Source of the DNA: Alkalispirochaeta sp. | GTDB taxonomy: Bacteria; Spirochaetota; Spirochaetia; DSM-27196; Alkalispirochaetaceae | Reading direction: 5' to 3' | Assembly: GCA_965601925.1 (NCBI GenBank) | Contig: OZ271854.1 | Span: 1,152,001-1,216,000 of the forward strand | DNA: 64,000 bases | In this document: positions 18,928-29,096 of the stretch, in pieces | Layout of the letters: each line of letters begins with the position of its first letter | Numbering within the stretch: the stretch's first letter is position 1 | Notes under the pieces: model-generated | What the model saw: only the letters and a program-made list of their open reading frames with translations | What the model was told of the DNA's origin: nothing | The model's database searches: none | Program-made: the position numbers and the translations under genes

Positions 18928-19854
18928 TCACCGCGGAAGGAGCTCGAGAATGAGGTACGGATACTTCGGCCGAAGCCGACTCAAGATCGCCTCTTTTCGG
19001 GACGCCAAGAGCGATAGGGAGACCTCAGGCCGACCGTCTGCGGGTCGCAGAATCGCGAGCGCCAGATAGCGGCTCCCCGTCTTGCTCATATGAACCGAGG
19101 AGACCTCAAAGTCGGGAGTGCAGACTTCCCGGATCGCCGATTCACACTCCTTGTACTCTTCCTTATTCTGCAGTTTCCCCAAAGCGAGCTCGATGATCGA
19201 GTCGCGAATGATCTGAATCGGCTTGGCGACGAGGGTGACTGAGATAATCAGCGTGATGATCGAGTCGGCCAGGTAGGGTACAAAGCCCGCCGCGCCGTCG
19301 GTGTCTGCATTGCGGGCAAACAGAACGCCGATCAGGATACCCGCCGAAAGAACCCCGTCGACGAATGAGGCTTGCGAATCGGTAGCCAGGATGCTGCTTT
19401 GGTCTCCGATGCGACGATTTGACACGCGATAGTATCCCGAGAGAAAGAAACTCAAGATCACCATCGCGCCCGCGTAGTACAGAATCGGACCCGGATTGAG
19501 GATCGGAATATTCTCGGTGCTCCCTTGAAAGTAGAAGATAATGCGAACGACGCTTGTCGCAACCGCCATGAGGATGACACCGAGGATCATCAACCCCTTC
19601 ACAAAGCTGTACAGCGACTCGTAGAAGAACTGTCCCAGAGGAAATGTCTCGGTCCGGCGCGCCTTGATCTTCGCGACCGACAGCGCTACGCACATACCGA
19701 TGAACACAATGAACGAGTAGTTTCCATCCAGAAGGACCGCTTCAGAGTTTGAGAACCAGTACGTGCCCCATGCGATTACCGCCATCACCAGGTTTCCCGT
19801 TGCGCCAAGAAGCATGGCTCGTCGTTCCGTTCTCTTTCGTCCCGCCTCAATCAT
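18928..19854 (-). CDS. Cation diffusion facilitator family transporter
   Basis: SEAVLLDG.YS, FP.G...E, D...S, six TM segments and a cytoplasmic tail. Confidence 0.82.
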   Translation of the reverse strand: MIEAGRKRTERRAMLLGATGNLVMAVIAWGTYWFSNSEAVLLDGNYSFIVFIGMCVALSVAKIKARRTETFPLGQFFYESLYSFVKGLMILGVILMAVATSVVRIIFYFQGSTENIPILNPGPILYYAGAMVILSFFLSGYYRVSNRRIGDQSSILATDSQASFVDGVLSAGILIGVLFARNADTDGAAGFVPYLADSIITLIISVTLVAKPIQIIRDSIIELALGKLQNKEEYKECESAIREVCTPDFEVSSVHMSKTGSRYLALAILRPADGRPEVSLSLLASRKEAILSRLRPKYPYLILELLPR

Positions 19855-20369
19855 ATCGATTCCCTCTTTCGCTCGGAGCTATTCCGGCGAGCTTACATGA
19901 CGAGCATTGCCCGCCTCAACCGGTGCGTATTTTTTCCGTTCTTGATTCCGGGAGCTGCGGTGGTCCTTGCGTGCAACGTGGGCGTTCCTGCTCCCGAACG
20001 CTCCACCGAGCGGGTGTCGAGCCCGATGGCGACGGGCCGGGAATAACTCTCTCGCGGGCTGCGACACGTTGAAGAACGTCAGCATAGGCACGCTCCGGGA
20101 CTCTCTTCGATGGGAATCCCGGTGTCACTCGAATGGCTGACCGGTCAACTGTACGACATTAATGCTCGTTTTGCGGTTCGGTCTCTCGACGATCCCCCCA
20201 CTCTCCGGACGGGTGAGCGACACAACAAAGCGACTACCGGGTGCATGGTTGCGTAGTGCCGCGTCGATAAACACACCCACGCAACAAAAATAGAAAGAAC
20301 GTCATAATCCTTGTTGTAAGATCAAGTGCTACATGTTATGATCGCTGTAAACCATATACGGAGTTCTCT

Positions 20370-21218
20370 ATGAAATCTCTCTTGAAGGGTGTAAAAGTCA
20401 TCGCCGTCGTCATGGTGCTTGTCGCGTGTGACATATCGGGCGGAGGAGACGACGGCGGAGCGGTCTCGCCGGTCAGTACGATCGAGTTTCGGATCGACGA
20501 TCGTAGCGACGCGACTATGGACACTATCTTCGGATCCGGCAACTTGAGCTCGGTTTTCATCTCCTTTTTTGTCGAGCTGAACGCCGATCTACACTACACC
20601 AGTATCGATTCGTTACAAGTGGAAAACCCGTTGGGACTGACGTGGATTTACGACAGTGCTGAGCTGGCGGACAGATGGAGTTCATCGAGTAACGCTTTTT
20701 TTCTGTTCAACTTGTACGCATCGAGTTACCCGCACTTGGTTACGCTCGGGGAGTGGACGGTTAGGGTTACTCAAGAGGGAGTCACGTTCACCGAGACGGT
20801 AACTCTGGTCGCCGACGGAGACCCGGCACAAAATAGCGGATCGATTCGGAGCAAGACCGGTACGGGTACTACTTCGGAGATTCTTCTGGTACCGTCCGCT
20901 GTCTCCGCTACCGAGTCGTCCGGCGACGTCACCGTTTCATTTACTCTGTCGGATAGCAGAATCGACGATGTGTACGTGTGGTTTTATAGCGTAGACGGCA
21001 CCTACTTGGGGGTATCGGAAAGGTTGGAAGCCGATCTCGGTGAGACGTTGGATAGAAGCGGGGCAACCAACAACATCGCAATCACACTCTCTTCCGAAAC
21101 GAATATAGCGGCCGGCGATCATGGATCCGTTGCGCAATTGGCCGTAGTAGCATATGCGTCATACAGCACCATTGTCGGTGGCGAGTATCGTAGTATAGCG
21201 CATACCAGCGTGCCGTGA
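20370..21218 (+). CDS. Hypothetical Ser/Thr/Asp-rich lipoprotein
   Basis: Signal with lipobox LVAC, GGAG RBS, beta-rich body. Confidence 0.68.
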   Translation: MKSLLKGVKVIAVVMVLVACDISGGGDDGGAVSPVSTIEFRIDDRSDATMDTIFGSGNLSSVFISFFVELNADLHYTSIDSLQVENPLGLTWIYDSAELADRWSSSSNAFFLFNLYASSYPHLVTLGEWTVRVTQEGVTFTETVTLVADGDPAQNSGSIRSKTGTGTTSEILLVPSAVSATESSGDVTVSFTLSDSRIDDVYVWFYSVDGTYLGVSERLEADLGETLDRSGATNNIAITLSSETNIAAGDHGSVAQLAVVAYASYSTIVGGEYRSIAHTSVP

Positions 21219-21302
21219 GAGTCTGCGCGTTTCTCGTAACCCGGACAACGATGTAACGTAACGGCTTTTTGAGACGGGCCGGGGTGCCGACATCGATAGT
21301 CA

Positions 21303-21326
21303 TCCATCGGTGTCATCACCGATGGA
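21303..21326. terminator. Hairpin between convergent genes
   Basis: TCCATCGGTG-TCAT-CACCGATGGA perfect 10-bp stem; no U-tract. Confidence 0.3.
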
Positions 21327-21476
21327 ATGCGACGGACGGAGTAGACGCGATGTACGAGGCGGCAGAACTTTGAAAGACTGCTATGGCTCCGGCGACCGTC
21401 GCCCCAAGGAGCTCGTGCCGCGGTCACGCAGGTACAGTGCTGCGGTGAGATACCGGTACTATCTCAGATCTGCGCG

Positions 21477-21908
21477 TCAGCTTGCCTGGTTCGGCAGCTG
21501 ATGGTGGAGCCCCCATCCAATACCGAACTTATCGATCACGTCGCCGTACACGGCGCCCCAAAACATCGTGTCCACCGGCATATTAATCGTACCTCTGGCG
21601 GAGAGTGCGTCAAATGCTTTGCGCAGCTCGTCCTCAGAATCAAACTCCACGTGTACAAACACCCTGTTTGTGTATGTGTCCTCGTCTTGCGTCACCGAAT
21701 CCGCGACATACACCGACACGTCCTCGCGTATCGTGAGCGCACCGTGCATCACCTTGCCTCGCCACTCATCACTCACGGGCATCTTCGGATTCGGCGGCAT
21801 CTCACTCCACCTCGTGATTTCAACGCTCCCACCGAAAACGTCCTTGTAGAAACCCAACGCTTCCTCGGCGGCACCTGACAGATTGATGTAGGGAATCAGT
21901 CTCATCAT
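21477..21908 (-). CDS. VOC/PhnB-like protein
   Basis: LIPYINLSG.AEEAL.FY..VFGG, VMHG.L, FWGA.YG..DKFGI.W. Confidence 0.9.
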   Translation of the reverse strand: MMRLIPYINLSGAAEEALGFYKDVFGGSVEITRWSEMPPNPKMPVSDEWRGKVMHGALTIREDVSVYVADSVTQDEDTYTNRVFVHVEFDSEDELRKAFDALSARGTINMPVDTMFWGAVYGDVIDKFGIGWGLHHQLPNQAS

Positions 21909-22493
21909 ACTCCTCCTCGGTGATTTCTTAGTGAAAAAGTACGCAATCCATGGAGATGAGGAAACCCGACGGCACGGCCGTACGCCATGTCGCCCGGACA
22001 CATCGGCCTTCCGACGCGACTACTCAGCGACTCGTGATCGGTGAGAATGTGAAGATCATGGCCCCGGCGATAGGGATGTATCGGCGGAGAACCACCGCTT
22101 CGCGTGGACGGACCGAACGCTACGGGCGTTTCCCGGGAGACGCGGCGGAGCGACGTATCGCATTGCATCGACCGAGAGAGCGCCTCTGCGACGCCGTCGA
22201 GGTCCCGGTTTCATGCGCGGGAAACGGCATCTTCGGGTGCACGTGCGCGGGACGCGAAAGGCACTTTTTTCGGGACTTCAAAACTCTTGTACTTGCGAGA
22301 TCCAAACACCTGGCCTATGATTCACGTGATTTGTAAACACTGCTTCCGTAAGGATCTCGGTCATGCCGTGTTCCGGGAAGTGCGTCGATCTACAAGTCGC
22401 CGAGTGACGGAACCATTCTTTTCGGAGTTACCGCGCCCCGCGGCCCGGTTCAGCCCCGGGGCGAGAACACCATAACGATCAGGAGCACGAATT

Positions 22494-24029
22494 ATGAAAA
22501 TGGAAGGTGGAAGATACACCCTCTACGGTAATCCCATCACCAGATCTGAAACGAAAAAAGTTCAGAAATGGCAGAACATGTTCAAGAAAAAATACCGTTA
22601 TGATCCCAACGAGACCTACTCCTTGAGTCTGGTGGATAACGAACAACTCGGTCCGATCTTCGGACTGAAGAACATCGTTCGGGATCAGGAAGGGCAGCCC
22701 GTCGAGCCCGGAAAGGGCGTGATCATCAGCACCATCCGGATGGGATTCGGTCACTATCGGATCGCGATGGCGGGGATGTCGGCGGCAAAGGCTATGGGAT
22801 TTACCCCCTACTGGTTGGACCTCCTATCAATTCCCGGTATGCCGACCGACATCATCAACCATTGCAATACCTGGTACAGTAAGTTCTCGCGAATTTCCCA
22901 GAGCAGCTCCTGGTTCAACAAGCACGTGTGGGAGCCGGTCACGACCGGTGAAAAGACCCTCCCCGGGCTGGACGGCTTTTTGAACAGCTGGATTGTGGGA
23001 TGGCCGTGGCGGTTCCTGAAGACGAACGTGAAGGACTACAAAATGTCCGAGCTCATGGGGAATCTTCACAAGGCGCTCCCTTCGGACATGCCCATTCTCA
23101 CGGCCCACATGTGGAACTGTATGGCCGCGGTCTCCGGCGGCATGACCAATGTGGTGGATATGATGTTCGATAACCATCCCATGGCGTTTCAGCTCACCGA
23201 GGGAGCCAAACACGCGGTGCAATCTCCCTCAGGGTACTACGGCTTCCGGGCCATGCGAGGATTCGACGCCAAGGGCAAAATCCTCAAGGGAACTCCTTCC
23301 GACGCTATCTACTACACCGGACACCACGTTGATCACGAGCTTGTTGAGAACATCGAAGGGGACTGCAAGGCACGGGTAGACCGAGCAAAAAAAGGAGCTC
23401 CGAGACGATTCCTCATCACGATGGGCGGTGCCGGTGCGCAGAAAGAGCTCTTCAAGGCGGTAATCGAACACGCCATTCCGCTGATCAAGCAAAATAAGAT
23501 CACGCTCTTTGTGAATCTGGGTGACCATGCGAACAACTGGGAATGGCTGAAGGAAGAGGTGAAAGACTATCGGGACCTCATCACCACCCATTTCGACTGG
23601 GAAGATACCAGGAACTTCACCGACGAGATCAGGAACGGCGACGCGAAGGGACTGCACATATTTCTCCACGACAACACCTTCCACGCGGTGTATGCAACCA
23701 ACTACCTCATGAGGGTCACCGATATCATGATCACCAAACCCAGTGAGCTTGCGTTCTACCCCATTCCCAAGATCTTCAACGAGCGGGTCGGCGGCCACGA
23801 AATGTGGGGTGCGGTGCGAGGCGCGGAGGTCGGAGACGGTACCGTCGAGGTGGCGACCATCCCCCAGCTGATCCAAGCCATCGACCTCCTTACCCACGAG
23901 GACGACCTTCTTGAGATGTACTGCGACTGCATTGTGAAAAACAAGAGCATTGGAATCTACGACGGTGCATATAAAAGTGTCGCCCTGGCCACGGGAACCG
24001 AGTTCAATCGGTCCAGACTGCGGAAGTAG
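22494..24029 (+). CDS. Uncharacterised GT-B-fold-like protein (DUF6937/DUF6938-type)
   Basis: RMGFGHYR, TAH.WN, MGGAGAQ, DIMITKPSEL, VGGHE; AGGAG RBS. Confidence 0.7.
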   Translation: MKMEGGRYTLYGNPITRSETKKVQKWQNMFKKKYRYDPNETYSLSLVDNEQLGPIFGLKNIVRDQEGQPVEPGKGVIISTIRMGFGHYRIAMAGMSAAKAMGFTPYWLDLLSIPGMPTDIINHCNTWYSKFSRISQSSSWFNKHVWEPVTTGEKTLPGLDGFLNSWIVGWPWRFLKTNVKDYKMSELMGNLHKALPSDMPILTAHMWNCMAAVSGGMTNVVDMMFDNHPMAFQLTEGAKHAVQSPSGYYGFRAMRGFDAKGKILKGTPSDAIYYTGHHVDHELVENIEGDCKARVDRAKKGAPRRFLITMGGAGAQKELFKAVIEHAIPLIKQNKITLFVNLGDHANNWEWLKEEVKDYRDLITTHFDWEDTRNFTDEIRNGDAKGLHIFLHDNTFHAVYATNYLMRVTDIMITKPSELAFYPIPKIFNERVGGHEMWGAVRGAEVGDGTVEVATIPQLIQAIDLLTHEDDLLEMYCDCIVKNKSIGIYDGAYKSVALATGTEFNRSRLRK

Positions 24030-24239
24030 CCGCGGTCGAAGGAAAGGCCGTCTATGGGTAGCACGGGTGAAATGCCGCGGTGGGGTGCGACCTCGGAGAG
24101 GTGCGCAAGAGTCGTTCGCGTGCCCGACGCGCTCGCTCTCACCACGGCTCTACTCGGTGCCGACTACTATTCTCTTGTGTACACGGCGTTACAAGACGTC
24201 TTTTCGTCGACGGCGATGAGTCGCCGACGCCCGGCCAAT

Positions 24240-25805
24240 CTAACGCGAGAGGTACGATAGCTCCTTCGGGAGCACGATATTGTTTCCCATGCGGTCTTCG
24301 CCGTACCCGTTCTCCGCTAAGATGCGCAGGTCGTTCAAGGCGCGACTGTCGCCGTCAAACGTGACGGTTATGTCACTTTTGATATCCATCTTGGCGACGG
24401 ACATCAAGTGGACTACGTAGCGCGAGGCGAATTCGGCCAGAGTCGCCTGCTCGTCGCATTGCAGATCATCAAACGAAAGATCGGACTCGTAGAGCACGAT
24501 GTTACCCTCATTCATGAGGCGAATGAACAATAGCTGGAGCTCCCGCGTCCGCGCCCGATCGTCGTCGGGAACGGTTACCTGCAGCTCCGTCTCCTTGCTG
24601 AGCATGTCGGCGACGCGCCGGCGCTTGACCGCATTGATCGCCTCATTAGCCCGAAAGAGCTCCAAAGGTGAGCCGGCGTCGTACTCCTCCTCCTGAAGGC
24701 GCATCGTCACCGGACTACCGTAATGCGCGACAATTTTGGCGATGAGCGTCGAGGGGCGTACGTGAAAGCCGCGATAGTTCGGGATGGGGACGACGACCTG
24801 CGCCCGTTCGGAGTAGGAGCGGATCATCGCCTGGCACAACTGTACGGCTGATTCGAGATAGAGCCCTGCGAACCGCAGAGGGAAATCAAACAGCAGCGTC
24901 ACGATCTCGTCGGGCTCGACGGGAAAGCGCATCCTGAGCGCACTGTCACGCCGGAGCGAGCTCATGTGACGAATGTAATAGTGAGCCAGATTCGTAGCCA
25001 CCGACATGAGGTGGTAGATAAGGGTAACGTGTCCTCGCAAAACCGGCAAATCGCCGTTTTGCTGCTCGATATCGGATTCGAAGATGTAGGTGTCGTACAT
25101 CGACTGCAGGTTGTGAAACCTGGCCTCGACCAACCGCAACCGTTCTTCGCTGATCGGATCCGGAATCGACTCTGCGTACGTTTCCTGATCGCGCTCCGAC
25201 AACACGTCACGGACGTCGCCGTCCTCGGACAGATTGAGAAACTGGGTGGCGAGGTGGACCACCGTTTCACCCACGTTTTCGATATGGCGAACCGTGCGAT
25301 TTGCGGGCAAGACGTACGCGATCGATTCGGATCGACGGGGCGAGAACGTCGATTCGCCGTCGGCGCGTCCCAGACCGCAGCGATCGAGTTGCTCCAGCAC
25401 TACGCGACATGCGGTCTCGATCGCGTTGCGCATCGCAGTGACGACGGAATCGGTCGTGCGTTCCAGATCTCCATCGTTTCCCAAGAGCTGATAACGAGAC
25501 ACGCCGGTTTTGATATGGAGGATCTCGTTCGTAACGGTGGAGAAGAGCTTGACCGCCGCAACCGACTCACGGAAGGGAAACCACTTCTCGTTCGTTTGGG
25601 CTCCGTGGCTGTCGGCCAACTCCTCGATACGCGCCGCCTCGCCGTAGAGGGCGCTGAGTAGATCCCTCAATGGAAACTCCGGATCGGAGGAGGAGGCCTC
25701 GGCAATACGGCACAACTCGGCTATTCGGTCCGTATACGGTGCGAGAAAGCGGGCGAACACTTCGTCGTCGTGGTCCTTGCTCTTGTTGCGACCAAATAGT
25801 GACAT
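24240..25805 (-). CDS. Large helical protein with an interrupted C-terminal HPr-like domain
   Basis: RGFHVRPSTLIAKIV...YDAGSPLEL...(insert)...ITVTFDGDSRALNDL. Confidence 0.78.
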   Translation of the reverse strand: MSLFGRNKSKDHDDEVFARFLAPYTDRIAELCRIAEASSSDPEFPLRDLLSALYGEAARIEELADSHGAQTNEKWFPFRESVAAVKLFSTVTNEILHIKTGVSRYQLLGNDGDLERTTDSVVTAMRNAIETACRVVLEQLDRCGLGRADGESTFSPRRSESIAYVLPANRTVRHIENVGETVVHLATQFLNLSEDGDVRDVLSERDQETYAESIPDPISEERLRLVEARFHNLQSMYDTYIFESDIEQQNGDLPVLRGHVTLIYHLMSVATNLAHYYIRHMSSLRRDSALRMRFPVEPDEIVTLLFDFPLRFAGLYLESAVQLCQAMIRSYSERAQVVVPIPNYRGFHVRPSTLIAKIVAHYGSPVTMRLQEEEYDAGSPLELFRANEAINAVKRRRVADMLSKETELQVTVPDDDRARTRELQLLFIRLMNEGNIVLYESDLSFDDLQCDEQATLAEFASRYVVHLMSVAKMDIKSDITVTFDGDSRALNDLRILAENGYGEDRMGNNIVLPKELSYLSR

Positions 25806-26027
25806 CGTAGGACAAAGAATAGTACCGCTACCGACAATGTGGAAAGTGCCTTCGAGGAACCGGGTGGTTCGGATTTGGCGCAACGCCCGCGGCCGCGTTC
25901 TCAGCCCGCCCGGTACGAACGACCGGAACGTCGTCCGCGTCGCGTAGCGGAGGAGGCGTGGCGACCCGCGACGTTCCTCAGAGATACTCGCGGGCACACC
26001 GCCACCGTCTCCGACGTGACCGTCGCA

Positions 26028-26924
26028 TCAGCTCCGGTGTGTCACGGTATGCCCTCCTAAGCGCACTTCAACGTTCTCGGTTCCTTGTGGTTGGAACATT
26101 CTCATGATTGGGCCCGGCCCGTTCTGAGCGAGCCGCTTAAAAAAGCGAAAGTAGGCTCGTTCACCCATGAGCCGTTTCATCGACGGAATGTTCTCGGCGT
26201 CGGGGCCGGCATAGTAGCGCACTTTGTGCCGTTTTCGATCGGTAGCGGCTTCATAGATCTCCTTTGCGCCGACCGAGGGATGCGAACCCTTGCTCGATTG
26301 CTGAGCGGCGGTGAAGGTATCAAACATGTGTCGATACTCTTCGGGGAGCGTAGAAGCCATGTCAATCTTCGTGAATATCCTTGTAGCGTGCGTCCCGGGG
26401 AGAATTGCTTTGGCGGTCGCTCCGATCGACTCCAACTCGATGTGCAGCGCCTCGGTGAGTATGAGGACCGCCGCCTTGCTGGAGGCGTAAGCGCCCACAA
26501 AGGGATACCCGTTCTCCGCGCTGATCGACGCGACGTTGATGAACATGCCGCCGTGCCGCGACCTAAAGTGCGGCACGAACGCTTTTGTGACCTCGATCAG
26601 GCCGAAGACATTCGTGTCGTACTGCCGGCGTATTTGGTCCATGGAGCTCGTCTCCAGCGGTCCCATTTGAAAGTACCCGGCGTTATTGACGACAACGTCG
26701 ATAGATTCGAATCGTTGGATCGCCGTTTCGACACAGTTACGAATAGAGTCGGAATGCGTGACATCCATTTCCAAGACTGTGATATTGGGAGCGCCGTCAA
26801 ACGTGCGGTGTTTGGCCGGATTACGCATCGTCGCAATAACCTGCCATCCTTTTTGTGCAAAAAGCCGAGCGCTTGCCGCCCCGATCCCCGAGCCGGCCCC
26901 GGTAATGAAGACTGTCTGTACCAT
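26028..26924 (-). CDS. Classical SDR oxidoreductase
   Basis: TGAGSGIG, NNAG, S, YASSK. Confidence 0.93.
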   Translation of the reverse strand: MVQTVFITGAGSGIGAASARLFAQKGWQVIATMRNPAKHRTFDGAPNITVLEMDVTHSDSIRNCVETAIQRFESIDVVVNNAGYFQMGPLETSSMDQIRRQYDTNVFGLIEVTKAFVPHFRSRHGGMFINVASISAENGYPFVGAYASSKAAVLILTEALHIELESIGATAKAILPGTHATRIFTKIDMASTLPEEYRHMFDTFTAAQQSSKGSHPSVGAKEIYEAATDRKRHKVRYYAGPDAENIPSMKRLMGERAYFRFFKRLAQNGPGPIMRMFQPQGTENVEVRLGGHTVTHRS

Positions 26925-26952
26925 TGTAGCACCTCCTATGATTGTTGACGTG

Positions 26953-26984
26953 AAGGTAAACCCTGGACTAAAGTCCAGGGTCAA
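26953..26984 (-). promoter_or_regulatory. MerR-type long-spacer promoter and operator for the SDR gene
   Basis: TTGACC with a 19-20 bp spacer to TTACCT/TACCTT; dyad ACCCTGGACT-AA-AGTCCAGGGT at 26960-26981. Confidence 0.85.
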
Positions 26985-26994
26985 GGAGAACACT

Positions 26995-27366
26995 ATGAAA
27001 ATCGGGGAATTGTCGTACGCGACCGGATTGTCGGTGGATACCATTCGGTTCTACGAGAGACGAGGGCTCATCGACGAGACTGTCATTCGACGAGAACGCA
27101 ACAACTATCGTAATTACACCGACGATGCCTCGACACGACTCCTCATGATCAAAGCAGCCAAGAATCTGGGATTCTCGCTCAAGGAAATATCCGCGTTGGG
27201 AGAGCTCTGGTCCTCCGGTACTCTGGACACCGCCGGCAAGATATCGATATTGGAATCGAAACTACGGGAACTGGAGCGGAAGAAGAACGATATCGCCCGA
27301 CTGGAACGGATGATCACTCAAAAAATCACCCGAATGTCGGCGAAAGCGAACGCCGCTACTGCGTAG
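26995..27366 (+). CDS. MerR-family regulator
   Basis: MKIGELS..TGLSVDTIRFYERRGLI...NNYRNY...GFSLKEI; no metal-binding Cys. Confidence 0.93.
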   Translation: MKIGELSYATGLSVDTIRFYERRGLIDETVIRRERNNYRNYTDDASTRLLMIKAAKNLGFSLKEISALGELWSSGTLDTAGKISILESKLRELERKKNDIARLERMITQKITRMSAKANAATA

Positions 27367-27383
27367 TTTGCCTCCCGACCTAA

Positions 27384-29096
27384 CTACTCGGAGACGGTAA
27401 TGGACCGCTCGAGGGTCGGCGTCAATCGCAGCAACTCGCGCGAGTATTCCGCCTTTGGACCCGCAAAAAACGTATCGTTCGCCGCCGTCTCGACCAATCG
27501 GCCCCCCTTCATGACGACGATCGAGTCGGCCATTTGCCGCACCACCGCCAGATCGTGGCTGATAAAGATGAGGGAGAGCGAGAACGCGCGTTGAAGATCG
27601 CGCAGAAGATTCAAGACTTGGGCTTGGATCGATACGTCCAACGAAGATGTCGGTTCGTCGCACAAGAGCACCGTGGGACAACTCAGCAGAGCGCGCGCGA
27701 CGGCGATGCGTTGACGCTCGCCGCCGGAAAATTGGTGCGGATAGCGGTCGATCGCCCGCTCCGGCAGTCCGACCAGGTCGAGAAATGAGCGTATGATGAC
27801 CCGGCGGTCACGGACGAGATCGAAGATCACCAGCGGATCGCTCAGGATGGAACCGATCGTTCGCCGGTTGTTGAGCGAGGAGTACGGATCCTGGAACACC
27901 ATCTGAATCCGTCGTCGTGAGGGATGTCGCCGCCCACGGTTTCGCATCGTGGGCAACTCGTCGCCGAAGAGCCGCATCGATCCCTCGCGCGGTTCCACCA
28001 AGCCGGCGATTACCTTCGCGATCGTCGACTTGCCAGACCCGCTCTCCCCTACGAGTCCGAGCACGCGCCCGCTTCGCACCGACAGCGAGACCGAGTCGAC
28101 GGCGACGAGCGGCCGATTGCGCCGGATGAGGCCTCGGCGCTCGCCGGGAAACGCCACGGTAATGTCGCTCAACTCCAAGGCGACCTCGGATGCGGCACCG
28201 GTGGCCGACGGCCTCGTGAGCAGCCACTCGGAGGCGCGTTCGGCGCCGACGCGCGTACCGGAGGAACCGGCGCGGCCGGAAGCGCGCACCTCCGGCACGG
28301 CAAAGCGCTCGAGCCGTCGATCGAGGGGCGGCACGGAGGCGACCAACGCCCGCGTGTACTCGTGGTTCGGCGAGCCGAGCACCGCTCTCGTTGCACCCTG
28401 CTCCACCACGCGGCCGGAGCGCAGGACGGTAACCGCGTCGCTCACCTCCGCAATCACGCCGATGTCGTGGGTGATAAGAATCGTCGCGATATTACGACGC
28501 GTCACCGTCTCGCGTAAGACTGTGAGCACCTGACTTTGAACCGCCACGTCGAGCGCCGTCGTCGGCTCGTCGGCGATCACCACATCGGGTTCGGTTGCCA
28601 GGGCGAGCGCGATCACCACGCGTTGGCGCATACCGCCGGAGAACTGGTGCGGATAGGCGCGCATTCGGTCCTCGGCGTTTGGAATGCCGGTTTCTCGAAG
28701 AAGTGCGGCGGCTTTATCGCGCGCCTCGGACCGCGACATCGTATCGTGGGTGAGAATCGTCTCGACGAGTTGATCCTCAATCGTCATGAGCGGATTCAGA
28801 CTCGTCTGCGGATCCTGGAAGATCATGGAGATTCGCCGTCCACGCAGAGCGTGCCATTGGCGGGCGTTGCGCGACTCGATCCTCTCGTCGCCGAGGCGAA
28901 TAGTTCCCGCGGCGCGATAACCGGGTTCGGGAATCATGCCCAGGACTGCCGCGCCGATCGTCGACTTACCCGCTCCCGACTCACCGACGAGGCCGTGTAT
29001 CGTTCCACCTCCTACCGATATCGACACGTCCTTAACGGCCACGACGCGCTCCGCGCGTCCCGGAAACTCAACGGTGAGGTTCTCGATGGAAAGCAT
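27384..29096 (-). CDS. Peptide ABC transporter, fused double ATPase
   Basis: Two GESG[AS]GKST Walker A, two [12 protein letters not shown]. Confidence 0.93.
   Translation of the reverse strand: MLSIENLTVEFPGRAERVVAVKDVSISVGGGTIHGLVGESGAGKSTIGAAVLGMIPEPGYRAAGTIRLGDERIESRNARQWHALRGRRISMIFQDPQTSLNPLMTIEDQLVETILTHDTMSRSEARDKAAALLRETGIPNAEDRMRAYPHQFSGGMRQRVVIALALATEPDVVIADEPTTALDVAVQSQVLTVLRETVTRRNIATILITHDIGVIAEVSDAVTVLRSGRVVEQGATRAVLGSPNHEYTRALVASVPPLDRRLERFAVPEVRASGRAGSSGTRVGAERASEWLLTRPSATGAASEVALELSDITVAFPGERRGLIRRNRPLVAVDSVSLSVRSGRVLGLVGESGSGKSTIAKVIAGLVEPREGSMRLFGDELPTMRNRGRRHPSRRRIQMVFQDPYSSLNNRRTIGSILSDPLVIFDLVRDRRVIIRSFLDLVGLPERAIDRYPHQFSGGERQRIAVARALLSCPTVLLCDEPTSSLDVSIQAQVLNLLRDLQRAFSLSLIFISHDLAVVRQMADSIVVMKGGRLVETAANDTFFAGPKAEYSRELLRLTPTLERSITVSE

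Noticed and set aside
19855..20369. Riboswitch or small gene upstream of the CDF transporter
   Set aside because: No recognisable aptamer consensus; the short ORFs lack support.
21909..22493. ncRNA in the long divergent gap
   Set aside because: Only generic GC-rich hairpins; nothing assignable.
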